From assembly GCF_000181795.1 (NCBI RefSeq), contig NW_003526945.1:3093144-3134525 (forward strand): a stretch of DNA of 41,382 bases. Reading direction: 5' to 3'. The translations under genes were made by a program, and so were the position numbers. The first letter of the stretch is position 1. Every line of letters starts with the position of its first letter. The notes beneath the pieces were generated by a model that did no database searches, had not been told where the DNA came from, and was given only the letters and a program-made list of their open reading frames with translations. Positions 1 through 10,645 of this stretch are shown here, piece by piece. This DNA comes from Trichinella spiralis (taxonomy: Eukaryota).

Positions 1-3000
1 GGATGATTGTCGCAAATTATCGAAACGCTGCACGTTTCAAATTGGGGCACATCATCCAGATATGCAATTTTCAAAGTTGAAAAATTAAACTGCAATCTGA
101 GCGAACGAAATTATTTCAAATTAAAAAACAAAATTCAATGTGAAAATTTTTATCATTTATCATCATTACTCGTGTTGTTCGGGAAAACTGAATTGGACGC
201 AAAGGCCGTTGTCGAATAGCAAAGCGATTTCAAAAGAATTCCAATATTCAAAAAAATCACCGCCCTTGTTCTCCTTTTTCTGCTTCCACTTTTGCTTGTT
301 ATTCTTCTGTCGATGATTAGCATTGTCTGAATATTTAAAAAAAAATTAAAACTTAAAATTTGCAAAAACAAACAAACTACTGTTATTGACGAATGCGCAA
401 AACGCGTTGGCACTTTTGTAAACGTTCAAGAAAATCATGTGCAACACTGGACTCCAATTCAAGCGCACGTTCCGCTCTACAGTAACGGCGACACGCTGCA
501 ATTCAACAACAGTACAGTAAGAAAAGATTTCACCAAACGTCTTCACCACTCTACCTTTTGTTGTCGATTTAGAAAAAATGAAAATCCGAACAAGCAGCTT
601 TCGTGCTTGTTTTTCACGCGCATCGAATCCAATTCAACCTGTCAACAAATATAGATGCTTTTTTTTCCTTTTGAAAGTGTAAAATTAAAAAATTGCGACA
701 CATACGTTGGTTGACGGTGACGGAATTTCCATATAGCCGCTTTTCAGCGTGTCCGCAGAGCAGTGGAAACTTTGCTGCTGCGTGTTGTCGCTGTTGGTGG
801 AAAATTTGACACGCTCGGCAACGATGTAACCACAAACTGTAATAAACAACACACACAAACTGTACTAATTGTGGAAATTCCCATCTCGTCCCGCCAAAAT
901 TGCTACTCACGTTCCACGTCGAAGCAGGGGATGAAAATTTTCAAATATTCCACCGACAAATCCCAAGACGAGAACCAACTGGTCAACAATTGGCCGGAAC
1001 CTTTCGAATGGGATTCATTTTCGAATGACGCCGGAAGCTGGTCCACAAGACGCCAAAGTGCCCAAATCCAAGCTTGCCTGTATTCCAAGTCGACTGCTTT
1101 GAAAACTGCGCGACATTTGTAACGGTCGCCGTCTTTGTTCAGCTGAATTAAAAAGGAACACGAAATATGAAATATGAAAAGGAAAAAACAAATTTTCTTC
1201 TCACTTCGATCAAACTGCCGCCAAATGTTGAACAATTACCCCAGACGTGGGTTTTTGGCGTTGAACGACTGGCGGACAAATTACCGTCGTACCCAAAGCT
1301 GAAGTCCATGTAGAACGAATGAAATCCAATTTCAATTCTGAAAACAGTCAATTTTTCAATATAAAACAAAGCAGACAAAAATTCCAAACAGTCAAATTTT
1401 TGGAAAAAATTATTATTCACTTTGAATTTCTCCGCTTTGAGAGAAAAGCTTTGGCAAGCATAAATTGAATATTCACATTATCCGGCATGTGCAAAAGCAC
1501 CGTGCAATTGCGAATATTCACCGAACGCAACCGGGAAAAGTTTTTCTTTTCCCACTTCGACGTCTGTCCAAACGCTGTCCTTAACGTCTTGCGAATTTTC
1601 AAACCGACCAACCACCACTGGATTAAACTGTTGTACGCGAAAATTGCGCGCACATCTTCCGTCAACAAACTGGATCCAAATTTTTCCACACTTCCACCAC
1701 GTGCCTAATTCAATTTTTCAATCAATTATTTAAATTATTTTGTACTCTTTTTTTTTTTTTCAAATTCACAACCACCATCAACTTACAGTACTAGAACACC
1801 ATTCAAGTCGTCGAACTTGCAATTTCACACTTCTGGGCAATATGCCTTTCAATACCAAATCACAACACTGAATCAAATAAGAAACGTTTTCGTTTGGCTT
1901 TGTTTTTTTACAACTAGCTTTCATGATTTCCAATTTCAGCAAACTGAAATCAGTTGAACGAATATTAATGGAAAAAAATTGTTTTTTTTTTCAAATTATC
2001 ATTTCAAAACATGCTTACACAAATAACAAAATAAAAATTTTTTTTAAACAAGAAAATTACTTAAAGTCTTCAGAATAAAATTGCAACAACATGTTGCACA
2101 CATTGATATCCAAGTTCGTTTCCAACACTTGTCGATACAGCGCACTGAGATTGTCAGAACCGGTTTTTCCCGCCGATTTTGTCATGCCACGTAAACGACC
2201 GCACAACAGTACGATACAGTCTACAAATTTGAAATAAAAAGAACAAAAACAAAAGAAAATAAAGTAAACTTGCAAAAATTACCGTATGAAAACGACGCTA
2301 ACGGGTTGCAAAAATCAAATTGAATATGCTTGAAGAAAAAATAAAAACTTTTTTTTACATTATCAAATGGAATAAAAATGAACAAATTTACATTCGGTAG
2401 AGCAATGTCGACACCTGAGACGAAGGAAAAATCCACACCGCTGGTCAGTGTGAACCAATCGAGCGGTGCCGAGATGGCGGAAAACGTGCTCGGACGACGC
2501 AACACTTTGAACGTTAACAATTTCAAACGACCATGGCGTGAACAATTACTGTTGGAAATGAAATTCAAATTTCAAAAAGTGCACAATTTCGATTTTCTCA
2601 AAATTCAATAAATGGAATAATTTACAAACAAACAAATGTGCTTGAATTTATTTATTTTTTTAAAAATAAAAATAATCATGCTATACACTCACGTGTCGCT
2701 TGTTTTCAGTGGATAAAGAACAACTCCTTCCACTGCTAGATGGACCAAAAAACCGGGAAACGTATCCAGCAGGGCAACGTTGAAAGAGTTCATCTCTACA
2801 CCCACAGTCTAGAATGCAGAACAACAACAAATGCATAATTTGAACAATTTGAATCTGAACTTGAAAAACAGCACGTCTTACTTGGAAAGCTTGCAAAAGT
2901 GCTCGAACTGGCAGCCTGGCCCACTGAGAAGCGGGTCTGCGAGAATTGGGAAATTCTGCCGCGGCACCTTCAATGCGTACATAGCCAAAACAAAGCACCA

Positions 3001-3383
3001 GATTTTTATGAAATGCCAACAATTGGCTGCAAAATGAACCACACTTTGGGCTTATTTTCAACCATACTCTGTCCACTTCCTTTGAGAATAATTATTTTAA
3101 TGTTTAATATATTTAACCAAAAATTCCACCCTTTACCATACAAATGGTGTGAAAACGGAATTTCAAACCTTCGACGTAGAAGAAACCGAAACGGTCAATG
3201 GAAATGCTACCGCAATTGAATGCTTTCGAAAATGCAAACAGAAATAGATTCGTTATTTGTCTACAAAGAAAATAATTTTTTCAATAATAAAAACAAAACA
3301 CAAAAACAATTATCTCACCCTTTGATCGGTTTACAAAGTAGAATGAAACATATTAAAATTGCAAACCAATACCAAATACCCAT
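1..3383 (-). CDS. BLTP2: Bridge-like lipid transfer protein 2 (Hobbit/KIAA0100/FMP27 family), 5' portion; gene continues beyond the left edge
   Basis: Phase-consistent GT-AG exons: 3383-3319, 3260-3137, 3079-2882, 2808-2693, 2548-2392, 2328-2283, 2220-2061, 1943-1787, 1704-1421, 1337-1205, 1142-911, 836-706, then 638 onward (exons below ~640 less certain). The protein starts with a TM anchor (MGIWYWFAILICFILLCKPIKG). SIDRFGFFYVEGLKFRFHTICMEVDRVWL...LVLCFGYVRIE resembles human KIGSFRFFWIQNVSLKF...VEIDNLW...VALCFGEVRIR. Later motifs HVWG and LNWSPVLHM also match the remembered KIAA0100 sequence. Confidence 0.85.
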
Positions 3384-3600
3384 TCGATAATTAATCTATA
3401 AATTGCTAATAGCACTTTGAACAACAATGCATGGAATGAGTGAACAATATGACATGTATCAAATAACAACATATTCATTTATTCATAACAAACAATTCAA
3501 ACAAAAAATATTTCTTTATTATCAGTACAAATCAGCGTAAAATTTAATAATCGTAAATCGCTTCATAAAATATAAACATAATAATGAATAAACAAGTCGA
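3384..3600 (-). promoter_or_regulatory. Candidate intercistronic region: polyA signal of the ZIP gene plus putative trans-splice acceptor of BLTP2
   Basis: On the - strand: AATAAA at 3520-3515 (second copy 3483-3478), a U-rich tract, then TTTATAG ending at 3396, 12 nt before the BLTP2 ATG, with no obvious consensus donor upstream in the interval. Confidence 0.5.
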
Positions 3601-4629
3601 TCAAAAATTCTGACTGTAAAACAGTAAAAATGAGATTGTGCCGAGGCCAAGAATGAAGGAGAACAATTTCAGAGGTGTGTACTGAATTGCTGCACTCAGT
3701 TCGTGAGGCAAAATTTCAAAAGTGACAATGTAAAGGAATGTACCACACGCTACTCCTTGAAGAGCACCTGTGATAAGTTTTGCCACTTTGGAGCGCAAAG
3801 TTTCTGACAAGATCAAACCAATCAAACCGCCCATACATCCGGTGGCGGAAAATGCCAAACAAGATAAAACAATCATTAAATTGGACAAAGTGGGAAAAGA
3901 GACTAGACGCAAACCGAGGCTGAAGCCAACCAGTGATTTGTGAATGGACAGAGCGGTGAAAATTTGAACAGCCTGGGTCGAATCGTTGATCAATCCCAAA
4001 GCGAGACCTTCGAACAAAGCGTGCGTTGATAATGTGAGTAACATGAGAAGGGCTCGAAGTGCGGAATGAGACCACGGATCAACGTGAACTTCTTCGCCAC
4101 TATCGGACACTAACGAATATCGCCTGCGTAATTTTCTCTCATCCAAAAGAGGTCTGTTTTCATCATCCGTCGTTTCCAGGGTTTCAACATTGTCAGTTAC
4201 GTTGTCATAATGGAAATGGCTATTTCGTAAATAAAGTACCACTTGTTCGATGCATAAAATCAAACTGAAGCCAATAGCAGCAAAAAATTCTGCCAAGGGG
4301 AAACTGGACTGTTCTTCGAACAATTCATACAAAACGCCGTCTAAAACTTCACGAGTATCTGGCAATAAGTCTAAAATGCAAGTGCCCAAAAACACACCTC
4401 CACCAAAGCATGACAAAACACTGAAAATGTATGAGATAAAAAGTCGTCGGCTTGCAGAACTAGGCTGCAAAGCTAAACGACGAAACCACAGTGGAAGAAT
4501 TGAACTGATAATAGTTAACAGAAGAAGACTGACAATAAGTATAATTTTCAATTTTTCCAAACTTGATGAGCTGTTTGCTTCATTTGTAATATCATTCAGC
4601 TGGTCGACAGCTTTTCCCAAAAGCAACAT
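3601..4629 (-). CDS. ZIP family zinc/metal transporter (SLC39A1/2/3-like, subfamily II), 342 aa, intronless CDS
   Basis: Single ORF with about 8 hydrophobic segments, CFGGGVFLGTCILDLLP in TM2, the TM4 signature HALFEGLALG, TM5 HKSLVGFSLG and the C-terminal GTFLYIVTFEILPHEL. Confidence 0.95.
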   Translation of the reverse strand: MLLLGKAVDQLNDITNEANSSSSLEKLKIILIVSLLLLTIISSILPLWFRRLALQPSSASRRLFISYIFSVLSCFGGGVFLGTCILDLLPDTREVLDGVLYELFEEQSSFPLAEFFAAIGFSLILCIEQVVLYLRNSHFHYDNVTDNVETLETTDDENRPLLDERKLRRRYSLVSDSGEEVHVDPWSHSALRALLMLLTLSTHALFEGLALGLINDSTQAVQIFTALSIHKSLVGFSLGLRLVSFPTLSNLMIVLSCLAFSATGCMGGLIGLILSETLRSKVAKLITGALQGVACGTFLYIVTFEILPHELSAAIQYTPLKLFSFILGLGTISFLLFYSQNF

Positions 4630-4680
4630 ACTTCACAAGGCAAGAATGCGAGTACCATAAAATTTATACTGTGCCTTTAC

Positions 4681-5820
4681 ATTGGTAAAATAAAAACATA
4701 ATATTTTTTAAATTCAAATTCTACAATTCGGCACAGACAAACCGAACAGAGAAAACTGAGTTAAATACAGAAAGACGGTAGTACTGTAGTTAAAAATTTT
4801 AAAGATTAATTCTGTAATTTTTACAAAAATATTGTTTTTCTCTTGTTGATTATGAAAAATAATATGCCAGTTATTAATATAAAATATAATTTTAATTTTC
4901 TTTTAGATAATGGAATTTAATAAAATTACATGAAAAAAACAAGCTCCAAATTATTTGTTTAAGTGCAGTAAAGATTTGAAACAAAAACCTGAAAATTAAT
5001 TTAAAAAATTTTTCAATGCAGAACTTTATATTTTAAAATTTGCAACAAAAGCAGTGTGTTGTATTTTGATAACTGAATATTTTACTACAATATGAATTAA
5101 AAAAATAGCACTTCATGCGACATATTGAAATATACATAAATTGTTATAAAATTTCTAACAGTTTTTAATCACAGTCATAAATTAATTAATTTAAATATTA
5201 TAAATTTTAATAATAAATTAAAATGGGATTTCACTTTAGGCATGATCTCATAAAAATTGTACAATACTCCAACTGTAGAATATTAAATTAATCATTTCAA
5301 AACGTTGCATATTTATATTTCTGAAAAACTTGTCATTATTGAATAAATGTTTCAATTTTTTATTTTTAAAGAATACTTTCTAAACTGACTAAATTACATA
5401 ATTAATTAAATTTAATAATACTTATCAAGTTAATGTTTTATATTACATTAAATTCGGTAGCATCAAAATTCTGAATAATCTTTGTAAAAAATTGAAAACT
5501 TTCTTGCATAATAAAAAAACACTTTAAAAAATGTGTTTATTTCGAAAAAAATTATATATATATTATAACTGAAAAAATAAAATGCAATAAATAAAATAAT
5601 AATTTGAATCAACATATGTAATACATTGATGAATACATTTGATATTTTGCTGCTTTTTACCAGTTAAACTTATACTTTTTTTGTATGACAAAGTGTGGCA
5701 AAAAACATCGCAAAATACGAATAATTACATCATTATCTCGTTTCGTTTCGGATATCGTTTTTATCGTACAAGGAAGTAAAACGTTGAACATCATTTTCAA
5801 AATATGTACTGTTCAGCTAT
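4681..5820. promoter_or_regulatory. Very AT-rich head-to-head intergenic region (divergent promoters of the ZIP and eIF3a-like genes)
   Basis: Lies between oppositely oriented starts at 4629(-) and 5877(+); no ORFs; extreme A/T content. Confidence 0.5.
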
Positions 5821-5876
5821 AGTAATTTGGATATCCGAGCTAGTCCGGTGAAAGAATTGAAGTGAAAAATTTCAAA

Positions 5877-8800
5877 ATGGATCATCATGACAACGTGTCA
5901 GATGCATTGCGCAAAGCAAATGGTAACTAGTAATGAAAGAAAAATTTCAGACTAACATATTCCTTTTAGAATTAATCTCGGATGGCAAGAAAGAGCTCGC
6001 TTTGCAAACGTTGAAAGAATTTGTCAATAATGCGCATAACCGAGTGTTATGCCAAGGTTACACACAACTCATGATCAAGATTTTATACTTGTGCACAGAA
6101 CTGAGAAAAGATGAAACAGCGAGGGATATGTTACTTCATTATCTACAAATGTGTCAGCAGAAGGATGTTCCATCTCTCGCGGACGTTCTTCTCTATTATT
6201 TGAAGCTTGCCGACGATAAAGCAAGGATAACTAAACTTCAGTTACAAAATTTTGGTGTAAAAGATTTTGATTTAAATGAACCTCCTGAACGGTAAAATAA
6301 ATTCCGTTATTGTTTTTCATAATGTTACTCAAATAATGAATTAGGCTGTTGTTGGCGATGGCAGCTGAAGAGGAGCCATTGGGTCGAACTGGTTATTTTG
6401 AGCTGACTCCTTGGCTTCGATATTTGTGGGAATCTTACAAAAATTGTTTGCATTTGCTGAGCAACAATCAACGCGTTGAAGTATTGTATCACACAGTGCT
6501 AGAACGAGCCTTTTACTATTGCTTAAAATATGATCGAAAATCAGAATTTTGTGAATTGGCAGATATTGTAAGTATTATATATATACCACATATATTAGGG
6601 ATGGAATAATTAATTAACTACAAAAATATGTGTTGAATAATTATATGTTTATATGAGTAATTATTTTGATAAAGCAGTCAGAACAAATCAGTGCAATAAG
6701 TTTAAAATAAGTTTTTTAAAGCGTATAATAATTGGTTATTTATTAATTTTTTATTTTCTTAAAGGAATCGCGTGATTTTTTTATGTATCTAAAATTGTAT
6801 GTTCTTTTATTTTTTATAGATGATGCGTCACAAAGAACTAGCTGAGAAATACCATGACGATGAAATATCAGTGAAATTATCAAAATTTGAAACAGTATTT
6901 TTGTATTTTAAATCCCACTTCGTACAACTCGAGATCTCCATTGAGCTACAACTATGGCAGGTATATATTGGCGAAAGATTTATAATAATTTGAATATATT
7001 AATTTTTTGTAATTTAGCAAGCTTGCACTTGTATTGCCAACATTCAAAAATTAATTGCGTCCAGCGGATGTTATCCGAAACCAGCAAAGTTTGCAATTTA
7101 TATGAAAAAAGCAGCAATGGTTTTTTGGAAGTCGAACAATATTATGTTCCATGCAGCAGCTTTGCTGCAAGAGTTTTCCATGCGGAAACAAGCTGACAAA
7201 GCGTGGTTTGACAAGAGAAACAAGATGGCAGTGCAGTAATGTCTTTTTATGAATATTTTATTTGTTTATTTTTTTAATGAAAATATTCACATATGGAGAA
7301 AGAATTTATTTTATCGTAAGAATGAATATTATTATTGTTTATTTTTTGTTTCAGACTGGCAACACGAATATTGTTGGCAGTATTGTCTATATCTGAAGCA
7401 GATTGCTTGTCAACTTCGGCACAGTATTTCGATGATGATCTAATTGACCGCTCAGATTTGATTAAAACTTTTTTTAAAAGGCCAGGATTACCACTGAAAA
7501 GATGTCTTATCAAAGAAATGGTATATTTTTTCTCTTATTTATTACTTTACAGATAATAGTAATTCTCTTGAATAAATAAGTTTATTCCGTTTCAGTATAA
7601 TATTAGAATATTTACATAAATTTAATAATTAAAAAAAGTAGATGAAATCAATAATATTATTTAATAAACTGTTATGAAATGATGCTTTTTTGTCAGTGAT
7701 GGTTTATGTTGATGATAAAATGAAGAAATATTATCAGGAAAATGGAAATTTTATTTATATTAATAAATTTTAAGATGTATCTTGGTGTGGATTTATGTGC
7801 AATGCCCGAAATGTTAGAATTCTATGAAAAACTGCAGAATGTTCAGAATCCACTGCTTCTTGCCCAAAAACTCCGACCGTATCTGCGTATGATTGAAGAG
7901 TGTGGAAATCCTGACTATCATCAATACCTTGACAAACTTTACAGTGTAATTTGCATAAAGATTGTAAAACAAGTAAGTTTTAATTGATTATCGTTTTAAA
8001 GAATTGATGTTTTTATAAAAGATCGTTTGAGCTGTCGCGATTTCACAAAACAATACCAATGGAAAAGTTATATGGTTTAATTCCATATTTCTCAGAGGAT
8101 CGACTTGAAAGAGAATTAGCATATGCCAGTAGAAGAAATATCGTTGATGTAAGAAATTGAAATGAGAGGATGAAAAAAAATTTGTTTGTTTTTTGAAGCA
8201 TATCTATGATTTTTTAAGTATTATTCTTGTAGAATTTTAATACTATTTTGAATTGAATATTTTTTTGTATATTTTGTAGCTCCGCATGAATTACATGAGA
8301 CGTAAGGTAGAATTTGGTGCACAGCATTCTGTAATTTCTGGAAAAGTGGAAGATGAAGTTGTTGATAATACTGTAGCATGTCTTCCCGTTATACAGACTC
8401 TAGATCTCATTACGGATGTACATGAAAATTCGCAAAGAACACATTCTCCTTCAAATAAAGTAGCTTCTGACGAAGATATTGTTGAAGAGAGAGTGAGTTT
8501 CATTTGATGTTATTTAATTTTTGACATTTTGACGGGTAAATTATTTAAAAATTTTTATAATTTTGTTGTGAAAAAATTATCAGATGAATTTGTTGTAATA
8601 TTTACGTACTTTTTTACATTAAAATGGGCAGAATAAAAAAAGAGATAAGCAGATGGTAATCTGTTGAATAGGATGAAGCGATTTATTTATTTTCAGCAGA
8701 AATCTGCTGATTACATGAAGCTGTTTCGAATATTCCGAGCATACTTTCCCGAAGATCAGTGTGCAATACTATGTGAAAAATTCAATATGGTCAAGTTGCG

Positions 8801-10612
8801 AAAAGAATACAGGGAGATAAAGAGACGAATTGTAGTATGTGAATTGTGATTTATATTCATATTTGTGGATTGATAATTTATGTTTAAAAAGAAAAAAGTG
8901 AAATAATGTACATTTGAATAATTTTTACAGTTGGGAGCAATTCGTGATAGGGAGAAGCGTGCGGCTGAAAAGATGCGCTTGAAGAGGGAAGAATTCTTAA
9001 AGATGGAACGTGAAGGGACGTTTCGAGCGGGAAAATCTGTGATTTTGCAAGGTTTGGAAAAACAGGTGAGAAATCAATAAGTTGAACAAGTTGTTAAAAT
9101 CATTATCTGAAGAAGAGATTGAAAGTTCGGATGATAAAATTGGTACACAAAAAAAATTAGCAGATAGAAAATTTACACACACACACAGAATGAAATAGTA
9201 TTAAATTAACCAATTGTTTAGTCAAATACAGTGGGAGAAGAAAGTCGTCAGAATGCCAATGAATTGAAAACTAGCGAAAAGAACCGGGACTGTTCTGGAG
9301 ATGAAACGCGGTCGAGGCGCATAGATAATATACTGAGGATTGCTCTAGTAGCGGTTGAGCGGCTTCTAGCTATTTTCGATATGCGCATGCTTTTGACCAG
9401 GATGTTGGAAGACGCTATGAAGGATATTGACCAAAGAGGCCATTTGGAGCGTTCAGAAAATACGAATATTTCCGAAGAGCAGCAGCAGCAGCAGCAGCAG
9501 CAATTGAACGAGCGTCAACAGTGCAGAGGAGAAAATGATTTGCCTGAAATATCCGAGAGGGAAAGTTGCAAGCTTGGACAAGAAGAACAAGACAAAAAGC
9601 CGAAAGTGGAAGAGCTGACAAAAGAGATTGCGGTTTGTAGGTTGGATGACGAACGTTGCCAGGGAAATTGCAAGCTTGAACAAGAAGAACAAGACAAGAA
9701 GCCGAAAGTGGAAGAGGAGCTGACAACGAATATTGTAGTTTGTTCGTTGGATGATGAACGCTATCCATTGTGCAGACCAAATGTAGAGGAAATAAAAGGT
9801 GGTAAATTTTGATTTGATTTATATATTTTTTTTCACTTGTTCTGGTGAAAAAGAGTTTGACGACGTCATTGGGAATTTGATCATTTTTAGAAATGACGTG
9901 GAATGAATATTTGGTGCTGTTGAAGGAGGATTTGGCGCACAGTTGTTTGGAAGCGCATCGAGATCCAGGTGCGGAAATTTATTTCCTTATTGAACCTGTG
10001 ATTCGAAATGAGAAGAGGGAAATTTTAATTTTCAAATCAACACTGCCATCCGCGTCAACATTTGCATCATCTTTTGAACAACCTCCGGCAGTTCATCAAG
10101 TAGAAGTGAAATATAAGAGTGCGCTTTTTGTAGAACCAGACGGTCGCTCAAGAAGGCATCAGTGCAAATTTACGTACCGCAACGATTTGGTTCGATTTCT
10201 TCCTCCAAATGCCAGTGGAAATTTGCCGGGAAAAAACTTTCAAACTTGTGGAATGGAACCGCCGGACGACATTCCAATCACACTTTTTATTGGTGTTAAA
10301 AAGACAATTGATAATGGCTCAGAAATGTATACGTGTATTGTCGAGCTTCACGAATTGGTGCTATGTAGAAAGCCTTTTCAACAAAAATCGCCAAAATTGA
10401 TCCAAATTAAAAATCAGCCTGCTTTTCAATTTGCTACTCTTCGTTGCTCGACTAAAAGTATTGCAGGATTACCTCATTTGTCTACAATTCCTGAAAATGG
10501 GGAAAGTAATAACATTTATTATAATGATAAATTTTTTTTCTGTTTTTGATCAACTAATATTTAAGATAATGATGACGTCAACGACAACGATGGCAGTGAG
10601 GATCAGCCGTGA
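5877..10612 (+). CDS. Divergent eIF3 subunit A-like protein (N-terminal helical + PCI domain) with novel C-terminal extension, ~1052 aa model
   Basis: Phase-consistent exons: 5877-5922, 5970-6291, 6345-6567, 6820-6960, 7018-7235, 7355-7520, 7775-7972, 8032-8148, 8280-8492, 8697-8834, 8931-9065, 9222-9801, 9891-10505, 10566-10612 (3159 nt). Motifs DALRKANELISDGKKELAL, LTPWLRYLWESYKNCLHLLSNNQRVEVLYH, VQLEISIELQLWQ, VFWKSNNIMFHA and LATRILLAVLSI are collinear with eIF3a. Homology to ~8330 is secure; linkage of exons after 9065 is a prediction. Confidence 0.8.
9480..9503 (+). repeat. (CAG)7CAA polyglutamine tract (Q8) in a coding exon
   Basis: Read directly; translates EEQQQQQQQQLNE. Confidence 0.9.
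9558..9762 (+). repeat. Two-copy in-frame tandem duplication (~102 nt, ~34 aa)
   Basis: CKLGQEEQDKKPKVEELTKEIAVCRLDDER vs CKLEQEEQDKKPKVEEELTTNIVVCSLDDER. Confidence 0.9.
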
Positions 10613-10620
10613 TAATATTA

Positions 10621-10645
10621 TCTCTCTCTCTCTCTCTCTTTCTCT
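10621..10645 (+). repeat. (TC)n microsatellite just after the predicted stop
   Basis: tctctctctctctctctctttctct. Confidence 0.85.

Noticed and set aside
2378..3219. Plus-strand ORFs 2378-2611, 2831-3037 and 2899-3219
   Set aside because: Antisense shadows of BLTP2 exons; no consistent + strand splice model.
3716..4660. ORFs overlapping the ZIP gene
   Set aside because: Alternative-frame or antisense shadows of the ZIP CDS.
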